Assembly (NCBI RefSeq): GCF_006345805.1
Contig: NC_043007.1
Coordinates: forward strand, 33,294,001-33,358,000
DNA from: Octopus sinensis
Lineage: Eukaryota
Reading direction: 5' to 3'
DNA: 64,000 nt
Below the pieces are notes generated by a model. That model had not been told where the DNA came from and ran no database searches. It saw only the letters and a list, made by a program, of their open reading frames with translations. Shown piece after piece: positions 1-12,634 of this stretch. The position numbers and the translations under genes were made by a program. Every line of letters starts with the position of its first letter. Position 1 is the first letter of the stretch.

Positions 1-37
<37 letters not shown>

Positions 38-118
38 TTGTATGTATGTATGTATGTATTGAAATGTGGCAGAATGGTAGAAAATGCTGAAAAGTAGCAC
101 CCATGTTGATATGAATGA

Positions 119-339
119 TCCTTTCGTTACTGCATTTATTTTGAGATGCTCTGTGTTTCTTTCAATTACTTTATATATAGCAAAGAATTTAGTAAAATAA
201 CATCGTTATCATTGAGCTAGTGTTAGGAACATAAATTGTGACTAAGATTTGGTGGAAGATTTGAAATCAAAACTTATGAAAACAAGACATTTATACTAAA
301 GAGCCAGAGCCGGTTTCACCCGGGTTGGTAACGAAAGGG
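119..339. mobile_element. piggyBac-type MITE (degenerate left TIR)
   Basis: Left end TCCTTTCGTTAC (119-130) is the inverted match of right end GGTAACGAAAGGG, which is followed by TTAA (340-343). Confidence 0.55.
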
Positions 340-361
340 TTAAGTGATCCCAACTAATTTG

Positions 362-376
362 ACCACCACCACTACC

Positions 377-437
<61 letters not shown>

Positions 438-475
438 TAACTACCACTACTACTAATACTACTACTACAAAAAAA
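362..475. repeat. (ACC)/(ACT)/(GCT) trinucleotide microsatellite
   Basis: Directly visible; explains ORF 296..529. Confidence 0.95.
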
Positions 476-719
476 AGTCGACAATAGTACAATATTTAGG
501 CCAAGAGGAAACAGAACTCGCCTTTTCACATTTAAATTTGACGATTATCAATCATAAGAATATGAAATTAGAAAAAGGACGCGGATCTTACAGAGAAGGT
601 AAATAGTAGTAAATCTATAGTAAACAAAGAAGATACTATTTTGGGAATGCCACTGTCATAAGTGGTAGAAATATAAACAACCAAATAATGAACAGTTAAT
701 AATTTCGTTCATACTACAG

Positions 720-791
720 ACATTGACAAGCACTGACGACTTCGCAAACGCCAATATATTTGCATACGGTGATCAGAAGTCTTTCGTTTAT
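720..791 (+). CDS. Candidate internal coding exon, phase 0/0, TLTSTDDFANANIFAYGDQKSFVY; protein not recognised
   Basis: Acceptor TTTCGTTCATACTACAG (ends 719), donor T/GTAAGC (792), 72 nt, only one open frame, non-repeat sequence. Confidence 0.45.
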
Positions 792-856
792 GTAAGCAGC
801 AATTCGTCTTTGTGTGTCTCAGATATTATGTTTTCCGTATTTCTATAACCTTGAAA

Positions 857-1645
857 GGCGGCGAACTGACTGAATCGTTAAGCGCACCGAACAGACACAA
901 AAAAAAAAAAAAATTCTCGGCAGTATTTCTTCTATCGTTTACTTTGAGTTCAAATTCTGCCTGGGTCAACTTTGTCTTTTATCCTTCCGAGGTCGATAAA
1001 ATAAGTGCTAAATTGAGCACTGGGGTCTCCCCTGCTCTAAAAGTGCTATCCTTGTGGCAGAATCTTTAGCAGGCCAAGGTTGCGAGTTGACCGAAATGTT
1101 AGCACGTCGGGCAAAATGCTTAGCCATATTTCGTCTGTTTTTACGTTCTGAGTTCAAATTCCGCCGAGGTCGACTTGGCCTTTCATCTTTTCGAGGTCGA
1201 TTAAATAAGTACCAGTTACGCACTGGGGTCGATATAATGGACTTGATCCGTTCGTCTGTCCTTGTTTGTCCTCTCTGTGTTTAGCCCCTTGTGGGTAGTA
1301 AAGAAATAGGTATTTCGCCTGTTTATACGTTCTGAGTTCAAATTCCGCCGAGGTTGGCTTTGCCTTTCATCCTTTCGGGGTCGATAAATTAAGTACCAAT
1401 TGCGTACTGGGGTCGATCTAATCGACTGGCCCCTCCACCTTGTGTCTAGAGTAGAAAAGAATCTATAGCAGGTCAAACAACACTGCTTAACGGTATTTCT
1501 TCCGTCTTTACCATGATTCCGAGTTCAAATTCCGCCGAGGTCGACTTTGCTTTTCATCCTTTCAGTCGATAAAATAATTACCAGTTGAGCATTAGGGTCG
1601 GTGCAATCGACTCGTCTCCTCTACTAAAATTTCAAGCCTTGTGCC
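857..1645 (+). mobile_element. Head-to-tail cluster of about 4 copies of SINE family B (GGCGGCGAGCTGGCAGAA head; CGTTCTGAGTTCAAATTCCGCCGAGGTCGAC body)
   Basis: Body motif recurs at about 945, 1145, 1330 and 1520, and in dispersed copies elsewhere in the window. Confidence 0.85.
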
Positions 1646-1647
1646 TA

Positions 1648-1863
1648 TACTCTTTTACTTGTTTCAGTCATTTGACTGTGGCCATGCTGGAGTACCACCT
1701 TTCGTCGAACAAATCGACCCCAAGACTGAGTGTAGCCTAGTACTTATTCTATCGGTCTCTTTTGCCGAACCGCTAAGTTACGGGGACGTAAACCCACCAA
1801 CATCGGTTGTCGATGTTGAGGGGACAAACACAGACACACAAACATATACACACATATACACAT

Positions 1864-1896
<33 letters not shown>

Positions 1897-2054
1897 CGAC
1901 GGGCTTCTTTCAATTTCCGTCTACCAAATCCACTCACAAGGCTTTGGTCGGCGCCCGAGGCTATAGTAGAAGACACTTGCCCAAGATGCCCCAAGATGCC
2001 ACGGAACCATGTGGTTGGTTAGCAAGCTACTTACCACACAGCCACTCCCGCGCC
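1648..2054 (-). mobile_element. SINE family A (tRNA-like head, internal (TA/TG)n, GAGTAAAA tail)
   Basis: Reverse complement of copies at 8199, 11379 and 25256; A-box-like TGGCTGTGTGGT and B-box-like GGTTCAGTCCC in the family head. Confidence 0.9.
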
Positions 2055-2666
2055 TATGGTAGACAAAATTTATTTCACTAAACTTGATTCAGAATGCTAC
2101 AAAAATTCTATAGCAACAATCCAAACAATACATTGAGTTGGCCAGAATTTCTCTACGGTCACTCCTTCACATAGTGCACCTGTCTTATAATGTGACATGG
2201 TACCCCTACACTCAGCATCTATCATAAACTTTTGCCATAACTGTAGCTTTATGCTCTAAATTGGTTTATTTTTTTTCTAAGCCAGTTTCAACCCACGCAC
2301 GTCATTTCAAAATGGCTGAGTCACTGTCACAAACGCTTTCATAAGGAGGAAAAACAACAAAAAACAAAACCAACGTTTACGTAGACATATAGGTATATCT
2401 CAACTTACGTCATTTCTAGTTACGTCTTTAACGACTTCGCGCATGTGTATGCGTGAGTGTGTATGTTTTCTTAAGAAATCAATGAAAAAACACACAAAAA
2501 ACTCTCCTAACTTCAGTCGATTTATTCGATTTTACGTCGGTCACAGTGAGCTTATCTATACACATACGGTTAGAAAAAAAATCTAAAACCAATATTTGAG
2601 TGGGAAAAGTCAAAATATATGTGAAAATATGTCCAAACCATTTATTAAAATAAGCTAATAGATTTT

Positions 2667-2875
2667 TTACTCTTTTACTTGTTTCAGTCATTTGACTGCG
2701 GCCATGCTGGAGCACGGCCTTTAGTCGAACAAATCGACCCCAGGACTTATTTTTTGTAAGCCTAGTACTTATTCTATCGGTCTCTTTTGCCGAACCGCTA
2801 AGTTACGGGGACGTAAACACACCAACATCAGTTGTCAAGCGATGTTGGGGAGGGGGGTCAAACACAGACACACAA

Positions 2876-2924
<49 letters not shown>

Positions 2925-3095
2925 CATATATTCGACGGGCTTCTTTCAGTTTCCTTCTACCAAATCCAGTCACAAGGCTTTGGTCGGCCCGAGGCTATAG
3001 TCGAAGACACTTGCCCAAGGTGCCACGCAGTGGGACTGAATCCGGAACTATTTGGTTGGTAAGCAAGCTACTTACCACACAGCCACTGCTACGCC
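2667..3095 (-). mobile_element. SINE family A
   Basis: Full-length match to other copies. Confidence 0.9.
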
Positions 3096-3104
3096 TACAA
3101 TAAA

Positions 3105-3342
3105 TGCGCCCTTTTAAAGCCTAGCCAGGCTCATGGGCCCGGTTTCCAGGTTTCAATGGCGCATGTGTTCCCCAGCTGGACGGGACGCCAGTCCATTGCG
3201 GCATTACTCATTTTTGCCAGCGAAGTGAACTGGAGCAACGTGAAGTGAAGTGTTTTACTCAAGGACACAACGTTCACCCGGTCTAGGAATCGAAACCACA
3301 ATCTTACGATCATGATGCTGACACCCTAACCAATAAGCCTTT
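3105..3342 (-). mobile_element. CORE-type SINE, tail variant F
   Basis: tRNA-like head, then TGTGTCCTTGAGTAAAACACTTCACTTCACGTTGCTCCAGTTCACT (CORE/MIR-like domain); same family at 29620 and 63632. Confidence 0.8.
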
Positions 3343-4904
3343 CTTTTTTTTTTTCGTGTAACCTCACTTTTCGAGTTAAGTCGCACGTTTTGAAGCTACC
3401 GACGTAAACTGAAGTATGTCTGTATTTTCTTTCTCGTTTATATATTTACCTCTTAGTTTTTGGGAGTGGGTGCGGGGTGAGGAAGGTGGGGGGGGGGGGG
3501 TAGCAATAGTTCGAAAATAATTTTTAAAATTTTGGGTGTGGATAAAATTATTTAAAATGTTATATTTTTCTGTTTATTTCATTGAATTTAACAATAAATT
3601 TTGTGCAGTCAAACATACAAATAATGTGTAGATTTTAAAAGGCAGATCGTCTCTTGCAGTTACAGTTGACCTCTCTTTATTTCTATTATGATGCAATTTC
3701 TCTGAATGCTTTTAGAAATATTTCTACTGGCAAATTTTTTCTAGCCCCTAACTTTTGAAGAAAAACGAATCATCCATTTCGCGATCATAAAGAAACCGGA
3801 CAATGTTCTGAGCCGAGGCCAAGACCTTACTCCTTTCGTCAACAAAAACGGATAAGGATAATTGGATGTAATAGGTTATTGCTGGCTTTTGCAATAAGTG
3901 CAACTGGTTTTAAAATCCCTTTGTGAGTTTGAAAATTAATGCATGTCCGATCACCACGAGTTTGGAAACTGTTTCATGCCCAGGACGCATGGCTTTGAAA
4001 ACTAGAGATATACCAGCAGTCAAAAGCATTATAAAATAGAATGACATACCCTTCATGTTACTCTTGGTTGCACGTTCTGTACATTTTATATTATTTTGCA
4101 AATAGCGGGGTTAGGAGAGTGTGGACGTTAATATCAATATCTGAGGCAGATAAAGAGTTTATCTCTTAGACTTCATTTTATATATTTTGTAAAAACATTT
4201 TCTTGCATCTACTTTCTTTTTGATGTGGATTCTTCTGTCAGAGTGCCTGGAAGAAGTGCTAATTTATAAATAAATAAATGGAAAAAGTACCACGAGGTAA
4301 ATGAATATACCTTTAAACACGGTCACAATTTGATACTCGAAAATAAGAATCTGCATGACACGGGCAAAACTACTAACGACAGCAACGCAAATTTGTTGGG
4401 TGTTAACAAAAGTATTAACGTGCTAGTAGCACCTTACTGGATAGAATTACAAACTCAATGAAGTTTTCTAGACGAGAATCAAATATAGAAAGAAGCTTGG
4501 CAGTTGTTTGTTCCTAAAGCATGCACATCCTTGCCTGAGTAATACCACCAGAGTCGACAGTGACGTATCTCCGTTTCATGAAGGCCGGAAGAGATTTTCA
4601 TTTTCTCTCAAAGGAAAAAAACAAAACGCTATACAGTGAATATAGCACGACATATGTTCAATGCGTGGGATAGGGTGTATAGAAACGTGTGTTTGGTTTA
4701 TAAAACTGAAGCAAGAATGCAAAACTATCTGGTGCGTTACTCCTCTATCCATTGGCTGCTGTCGTAATATATTAAGCAACAAGACACAGGGAGTCACAGG
4801 AAGGGATATTAATGGTAACATTGCCCCTTGGTTCGACGTCACCTTCATAAGGTGCAAGCAGGTTATGAGTGTTAAAGTGACACAGAATGAATGTGGTTAG
4901 GTAG

Positions 4905-5240
4905 AGTTTGCTGAGATATGAAAATCCTAATGATTCCCAAAACAGCTATCCTGGTGCTGTAGAGAAATTGCTATCCTGGCCTGTTGGGGTAGAGAGAAAA
5001 GTGGTAAAACTTTCAGTGCAAGGCAGATACTTTGGCTGTTGCATGTCTGACAGTAAGAGTCACCCGAGGACTTTGTAACAACGGGAGCTGGAAAAGCAGA
5101 ATGGAGAGAAAGTGGACAACAGCAAAGCAGAGCAACTACAAAAACCAATGGCTTTTGAAGTTGCTCTTTCTACAGCATCATTTTCTGCAGCTGTGGATAA
5201 TGGAAAAAATCAGCTTGTTTTCAGTGATAGGAACTGGTGA
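4905..5240 (+). pseudogene. 111-codon frame with one in-frame TAA (5076-5078); decayed coding remnant of unknown origin
   Basis: SLLRYENPNDSQNSYPGAVEKLLSWPVGVERKVVKLSVQGRYFGCCMSDSKSHPRTL*QRELEKQNGEKVDNSKAEQLQKPMAFEVALSTASFSAAVDNGKNQLVFSDRNW*; not low complexity. Confidence 0.3.
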
Positions 5241-5593
5241 CTAATGGTTACCTCTCTTAGGTACTATCACTTAAGCAGGTGTGTCGTGGATGAATCCTAC
5301 ACACTTTCCAAGTGAACTACGTCAAGGGTACGTATGTCTGTGGAGTGCTCAGCCACATGCACGTTAATTTCACGAGCAAACTGTTCCGTTGATCGGATCA
5401 ACTGGAACCCTCGTCGTCGTAACCGACGGAGGGCCAGTTAATTAAAAGAACTACAGCCGTCACAAACAATCGAGGATTACTTAGATAATGGGAAGACGAT
5501 TCCATATGCCCTTCCCAGGTCAGGGAAGTGTACAAACTTTCTCACATCGATGAATCTTCTCAATGGCGGAATATGAATCCTTTGTGTGTGTGT

Positions 5594-5641
<48 letters not shown>

Positions 5642-6861
5642 CGTGTGTGCGTGGGTGGGTGTGGGTGTGTTTTTGAGAAACTGAGACATAACACTTTTCG
5701 AGCTAGGGTGTCAGTGTCATTTGTGAGATACTTCTCCCAAACCCGTTACTTTGCCTGTTGTCATTCTCTTGTCAAATGTTTTCCCTTGACTCGCAATGCT
5801 AGCAAAAGATTAATTATTATTATAGTTGGTGATGGTATTTTTATTATTGCAATTTAATTTTCCATCAGATTCTTTTCGTTTGTGCTCTCCAAATTGTAAC
5901 TAATTGTGTTTATAATTGTCTGCTTGTTTAATTGTAATTTTTTTTTACGGTACATATAATAAATTGTCTTTATGCTTTCAAAATTTTTTAATGGGCATAT
6001 TCATCGCTACCATAATCGTGGCCAGCACCTACTCTCACTATAACATTTAAGGTAATTTCACATCATGTGTAAATAATATAAATGGCTACCGTGCCAAAAT
6101 ATATATACACAATTGAAAACAATGTTTATGCGAACTTTCTTCTCCACTCTAGGGTAATAGGGTGGAATGCTTAAATATCAAGAGCTCCTTTGTTGGAAAA
6201 GGAAAAAAAAATAAACAAGAAAAAATCTTATTTTCTTTTAAGTAATCCTGGAAGAAAATATCCTCTAAGCGGTGCTTAGTGAAATATTTTAATAATAATA
6301 ATAATAACGATGATGATGATAATAATAATAATAATGATGATATGAATGAATAAAAAAAATACACGCAAAATAAATAGAATATGAATTTTGCCATAAATAT
6401 TCCAAAATATTCTAAAATAACCAAACTTGAATTATTGAAATTGTGAAGCAGTGAAATAAAGTAGGAAAATATACGTATTGACAGTCAAAACAGTAAATAA
6501 CAATTACAACAACAATAGCAGTTATTTATAGTTTTAAATCAGCTTCAGGTAGTTTCTTACACTAACAACAATTGTTCACGCACGCACACACACACATGCA
6601 CATACACTTAGATATAACAAAATATACACACATAAACAAATGTGCATAAAAACACATTCAACACATCAATTGCTGTAGGAAGTATATAAACGTCTGTGTG
6701 TGGTGTGTGTGTGTGTGTGTGTGTGTGTCTGTTTGTGTACCTCTTTGCACTCAATACACATCTCACCGTCATCAAGGTTTCATACCATCGTTTCAGGACT
6801 GATGATCAAAATAACAGCCTGGTGCTGACGTAGACCACTCTCCTACCAGCTATACCATCCT

Positions 6862-6915
<54 letters not shown>

Positions 6916-6947
6916 TATATATATATAATATATATATATATATATAG

Positions 6948-7128
6948 GGAAGTGTACGAAAATAAACAAAAGACGAAGGCAGATGTGTACAAAAAACAAA
7001 GTATTAGTATAGCGCTCAAGAATAGAAAAAGTTCTTTTACGTTTCGAGCCTACGCTCTTCTACAGAAAGATACACAGAAAAAAACAAAGAGAGAAAAAAA
7101 TGTGTGTAGTAGCTAACGATCTATCATG
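6948..7128 (-). mobile_element. Short (TA)n-docked Penelope-like/pLTR element, family H1
   Basis: Homologous to 33933, 35190 and 61790; abuts (TA)n; carries a hammerhead-like motif. Confidence 0.65.
7033..7070 (-). ncRNA. Minimal hammerhead-like motif H1a (core variant CUGUAGA)
   Basis: TCTTT-CTGTAGA-A-GAGC[GTAG]GCTC-GAAAC-GT-A-AAAGA: 5-bp stem I, 4-bp stem II, ACGT palindromic helix III; A6 is substituted. Confidence 0.55.
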
Positions 7129-7130
7129 CT

Positions 7131-7468
7131 GAGACCTCCTTCGGTCATGACTGACCATGGGATTGCACCTAGAAAGTTACCCTCCTAGGCACAAGTTCGG
7201 TCAAGGTTGTTTATGGAAGACCAGCAATGGCCCATGCATACCGGCCTCCCCTCTCTACGCTACCAGTGTTATCCAAGGCAAAGGCAAAGGGTCCGATACC
7301 GCTTGGCACCTGTGACGTCGCAACTCATTTCTACAGCTGAGTGAGCTGGAGCAACATGAAATAAAGTGTCTTGACCAAGAAAACAATGCGCAGCTCGGTC
7401 CGGGATTCGAACTCACAACCTCACGATCGTAATCTCGACGCTCTAACCACTGAGCCACGCGCTTTCAC
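7131..7468 (-). mobile_element. CORE-type SINE, tail variant G
   Basis: tRNA-like head plus CORE-like domain; 15-bp direct repeat ACCATCCTGGATATA at 6854-6868 and 7467-7481. Confidence 0.85.
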
Positions 7469-7482
7469 CATCCTGGATATAC

Positions 7483-7710
7483 CTATTTCTTTATTACCCA
7501 CAAGGGGCTAAACATAGAGGGGACAAACAAGGAAAGACATAGGTATTAAGTTGATTATATCGACCCCAGTGCGTAACTGGTACTTAATTTATCGACCCCG
7601 AAAGAATGAAAGGCAAAGTCGACCTCGGCGGAATTTGAACTCAGAACGCAACGGCAGACGAAATACCGCTAAGCATTTCGCCCGGCGTGCTAACGATTCT
7701 GCCAGCGCTA
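7483..7710 (-). mobile_element. SINE family B
   Basis: Full-length reverse-complement match to other copies. Confidence 0.9.
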
Positions 7711-7861
7711 GGTCAAAGGTAAGAGGGCTGTGGAGATATTTGTGTCTATTCTTGACTAGATTTAGCTATAGTTTGCTACATTATACTTCATTGTAAGTGA
7801 AAGGGCATGCTACTAAGTCATCCTCGATTGTTTGTGACGGCTGTAGTTCTTTTAATGAACT

Positions 7862-8168
7862 GGCCCTCCGTCGGTTACGACGACGAGGGTTCCACTTGAT
7901 CCAATCAACGGAACAGTTTGCTCATGAAATTAACGTGCAAGTGGCTGAGCACTCCATAGACACTGGGAATTTCAGTGTGATACAGAATGTGACAAGGTTG
8001 GCCTTTTTTTTTTTTTTTGAAATACAGGTACTACTCATTTTTCCCAGCAGAGTGGACTGGAGCAACGTGAAATAAAGTGTCTTGCTTGCTCAAGAACACA
8101 ACGCGTCACCGGGAACTGAACTCACGACCTTGCGATCGTGAGCCGAATATCCTAACCACTAAGCCACT
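7862..8168 (-). mobile_element. CORE-type SINE, tail variant D
   Basis: CORE domain joined to the CCGTCGGTTACGACGACGAGGG tail module also seen at 5315-5440, 13577 and 49688. Confidence 0.8.
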
Positions 8169-8198
8169 TACATTATATATACATGTGTTTGTGTAGGA

Positions 8199-8371
8199 GG
8201 CGCAAGAGTGGCTGTGTGGTAAGTAGCTTGCTTACCAACCACATGGTTCCGGGTTCAGTCCCACTGCGTGGCATCTTGGGCAAGTGTCTTCTGCTATAGC
8301 CTCGGGCCGACCAATGCCTTGTGAGTGGATTTGGTAGACGGAAACTGAAAGAAGCCTGTCGTATATATGTA

Positions 8372-8411
<40 letters not shown>

Positions 8412-8439
8412 ATAATATATATATATGTATGTATGCATA

Positions 8440-8473
<34 letters not shown>

Positions 8474-8715
8474 ATGTATGTATGTATGTATGTGTGTGTA
8501 TATGTTTGTGTGTGTGTGTTTGTCCCCCTAGCATTGCTTGACAACCAATGCTGGTGAGTTTACGTCCCCGTAACTTAGCGGTTCGGCAAAAGAGACCGAT
8601 AGAATAAGTACTGGGCTTACAAAGAATAAGTCTCGGGGGCGATTTGCTCGACTAAAGGCGGTGCTCCAGCATGGCCGCAGTCAAATGACTGAAACAAGTA
8701 AAAAGAGTAAAAGAG
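8199..8715 (+). mobile_element. SINE family A
   Basis: Full-length, with expanded internal microsatellite. Confidence 0.9.
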
Positions 8716-9022
8716 AAAGTAGAGTGTGTGTGTGTGTGTCTGTGTGTGGTGTGTGTGTGCGTGCGCACGCGCATAGAGCAAGGTACATCATTGAACAAAT
8801 ACTTTGGCATTAAAACACTTAAATTCAATTTCGTTGTGGAACTGTGTTAGTGGCCAAGTAGAATGACAAAAACGTTGACACATCGAGAAATAAATAAAAA
8901 TTTTATTTTCTTTTTACGTGTTTTAGGGAATTTAAATGGTGCTACCATAAAGCACTTATTTTAATTTCATCACAAGATCCTACACCACACACACATGCAC
9001 ATGCGTACATACATTATATATA

Positions 9023-9109
<87 letters not shown>

Positions 9110-9211
9110 TGGCCTGCTCGCTTAGCCAGCGATGTGGCGTCATTCAAAGGCTAAAACAATGCAAACGCATTGTGACCAGCGATGTGTAACAACATCTGAT
9201 GGTCTGGTCGG

Positions 9212-9250
<39 letters not shown>

Positions 9251-9292
9251 ATAAATGGTGGGGTTGTGTTGACCGCACGTGGGGAAATGATT

Positions 9293-9548
9293 GGCGAGGA
9301 AAAATTATAAAAAGACAGAATGCTAAATTGAAGGTAAATTTTAATAAAATTGGGTGTATGGAAAATTTTTAAAAATTAAAAAAAATATCAACTCTAACCG
9401 GTTTTCAACGCAATTTGGAAATTTGCATTGCAATGAAAACCGATTAGAGCTAATATTAAAAAAAATTTTTTTTAACTTTCCATACACTCACTTTAATTAA
9501 AATTTACCTTCAATTTACCATTTTGCCTTTTTATAATTTTTCCTCGCC
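9293..9548. mobile_element. Fold-back MITE with about 120-bp imperfect inverted arms
   Basis: GGCGAGGAAAAATTATAAAA at 9293 mirrors TTTTATAATTTTTCCTCGCC ending at 9548; arms continue almost to the centre. Confidence 0.75.
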
Positions 9549-9584
9549 TATATATATATACATTATATATATATATATTAATAT

Positions 9585-9634
<50 letters not shown>

Positions 9635-10082
9635 AGTATATATATAGGTGGGTACAAGGTTCCTAAAATTTTTTAAGGCAAGAAGAAAATGTACATAAAA
9701 AACTGGAGTAATTATGGCGTTGGAGCGTGAGAATTGGACGTTGCAGATGAGGTTTTGTGTGTGTGTGCGCGCGCGCGCACGTGTATGTAACAGTGGAGAG
9801 TTGGATGGGTGGACAGTGAGGGAGACTGGAATCCAGTAAGTTGGTGTATGGAAAGAGGGTAGGAACACGGAGCTACCCAGGTTTGCATCAACTGTCCTGA
9901 CTTGTTTTCAAAACTCTCCAGAAAAGCAAAATTAATAAGATTTACTCCTCTCAGACCTGGGCTCCTCTGTCAAACTCTTGAGCAAAAATAAATAAATATA
10001 TAAATACTTGCATATACGACTCAAGAGGCAAACTAATGGACGGAACCCACTGCATCTTCTTTTTCTATGTGTGATGTTTATT

Positions 10083-10308
10083 ACCTATTTCTTTACTACC
10101 CACAAGGGGCTAAACACAGAGAAGACAAACAAAGACAGACAAACAAATTAAGTCGATTATATCGACCCCAGTGCGTAACTGGTACTTATTTAATCGACCC
10201 CGAAAGGATGAAAGGCAAAGTCGACCTCGGCGGAATTTGAACTCAGAACGTAGAGGCCGACGAAATACGGCTACGCATTTCGCCCAGCGTGCTAACGTTT
10301 CTGCCAGC
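10083..10308 (-). mobile_element. SINE family B
   Basis: Full-length match. Confidence 0.9.
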
Positions 10309-10584
10309 TTTACCGGGAATCCAGCGGAGATGAAGTTTAATGTGTTCCAGTTATAGCGGGAATATGACGTCACAGGGTTCAAACGAATTCATCTTAATGG
10401 AGCAGTATGATACCGCTAGGCACAGATAAAGGCAATAGTCGAGGGAAATTTTAAGGGTTGATAGGCCATTGCCGTGGGGCCATGACAGGGTATAGTGATT
10501 TAATGTTCATGTTGAAAACGAGTTTTGGATTGACCACGCGGAAAAGAGAATGAGTTATAGAGGTTTAGGACATTGTTAGTGTCT

Positions 10585-10771
10585 TTCGTGTATATATATA
10601 TATACGTATACATATATATGTATATATATATGTATACATATATGTGTGTATATATATGTATGTATATATATATATGTATATATAGATGTATATATGTATG
10701 TATATATATATATGTATATATATATATATGTAAGTATATATATATATGTATATATAGATGTATATATGTAT

Positions 10772-10802
<31 letters not shown>

Positions 10803-10894
10803 TATATGTGTATATATATGTATATGTATATATATATGTGTGTATGTATATATATATATGTATATATGTATGTATATTTATATATACATATGTG

Positions 10895-10926
<32 letters not shown>

Positions 10927-10935
10927 TATATATAT
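10585..10935. repeat. Degenerate (TA)/(TATG) microsatellite
   Basis: Directly visible. Confidence 0.95.
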
Positions 10936-11378
10936 AAAGCAGCGACGAATGGTGATGATATTTTGTTAAGTTCGGATGAGGTGGAGAAAAATGGCTTGAG
11001 CAGGAAGGTGCTTAGCTTAAATTTTTCTTATACCTGACCTTCACCCACTTCTCGATCGCTTTTCATTTCTCTTCCCTTCTTCTCTTATTTTATTTCCTGT
11101 CAATGTATGCAAATGTATGCAAACACACAATGTATTCCGTTCCCCAGTTGCAGCCAGTTGCTTTGGCGCTGATGATGTAAAATGCTGCTGACTTATACAT
11201 TTTCCTTCCAATTATCTTTGCCCCGAAGTCATCTCTCCCCAAAACATTGGATTCTCCATTCCCTGTGGTTATTTCATTGTACTATTTTGTAAAAGTTTGC
11301 TACGTCCGTACACTCACACTTTACACATGCACATACACCCCACTAAAGACACACATATACGCACATTATATGTATATA

Positions 11379-11541
11379 GGCGCAGGGGTGGCTGTGTGGT
11401 AAGTAGCTTACTAACAAACCACATGGTTCCGGGTTCAGTCCAACTGCGTGGCATCTTGGGCAAGTGTCTTCTGCTATAGCCCCGGGCCGACCAATGCCTT
11501 GTGAGTGGATTTGCTAGACGGAAACTGAAAGAAGCATGTCG

Positions 11542-11586
<45 letters not shown>

Positions 11587-11807
11587 GTGTGTTTGTGTGT
11601 CTGTGTTTGTCCCCCTAGCATTGCTTGACAACCGATGCTGATGCTGGTGTGTTTACGTCCCCGTCACTTAGCGGTTCGGCGAAAGAGACCGATAGAATAA
11701 GTACTGGGCTTACAAAGAATAAGTCCCGGGGTCGATTTGCCCGACTAAAGGCGGTGCTCCAGCATGGTCGCAGTCAAATGACTGAAACAAGTAAAAGAGT
11801 AAAGAGT
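11379..11807 (+). mobile_element. SINE family A
   Basis: Full-length match. Confidence 0.9.
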
Positions 11808-12529
11808 ATATGTATATATATGTATATATATATGGGGACTTGTGGAGGGTCTAATTTGGTAACAAAAAACAAAAGGGTGTAAAGAAGCAGTAAGGGCTGC
11901 TAAGCTATAAAGAGGTGAGGTGGTGAGCAGTGAAGGAACAAGCTTTAACAGGAGAAAAATAGGAGAGGAGACAGACAAGAATGTGTGTGGTCTGTGTGGA
12001 AGATCAAAAGGCAAGAAAGATGGCCGATGGTCACGTGTGAGCAAGGAGAGTAAAAGAAGACCAGTGGGAAAGAGAGAAGGGCAGATAGAGAGCGGTGAAG
12101 AGTAGAGGAAAGAAATTAGAGAAAGGATGAGAGAGAAAAAACGAAAGGAGAAGAAAGGGAGATAGAAACATTTTCAGAAAGGAAGAGAGAGGAAACGAAA
12201 GGAGAGACATAGAACAGTACAGGGATTCGCATTAAAATTATAATAATATGAACAGTATATATATATATACACATATATACATACAAATATGTACATATCT
12301 GCATATATATGTATATACATAGGCATATATGAGTACAGGGCATCATAAAATTTACGCAAAGTGAAATACGAAAACATGGAATACGAACTTTTTTTGAAAA
12401 GAATGAAAGAAACGAATGGAAAACAAGACAAGACATAAAGAATGACCCTTCATCAGTTGTTGGCTGTTTATTTATTCCAGATTTTGAGCATTTATGACAA
12501 GACGTGTCTTCAAGAAATATATGTGTATT

Positions 12530-12572
<43 letters not shown>

Positions 12573-12589
12573 CTATATATATATATATA

Positions 12590-12634
<45 letters not shown>

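Noticed and set aside
6781-6835. Minus-strand AGGCTG...CAGTCCT-GAAAC-GATG-GT-A half motif
   Set aside because: No CUGANGA core or stem I partner.
8199-8270. tRNA genes at SINE heads
   Set aside because: A/B-box-like motifs only; no complete cloverleaf, and each continues into a SINE body.
1008-10356. Recurrent peptides such as RNWYL.NRPRKDERQSRPRRNLNSER and YQIHSQGFG..EAIVEDTCPRCH
   Set aside because: These are translations of SINE families B and A, not a gene family.
11088-11282. 65-codon minus frame containing NVLGRD (retropepsin-like)
   Set aside because: A single short motif with no catalytic DTG/DSG; insufficient.
12400-12510. Minus-strand CTGATGAAGG in a (TA)n-flanked element
   Set aside because: No downstream stem II/GAAA; only the general Penelope-like context is suggestive.
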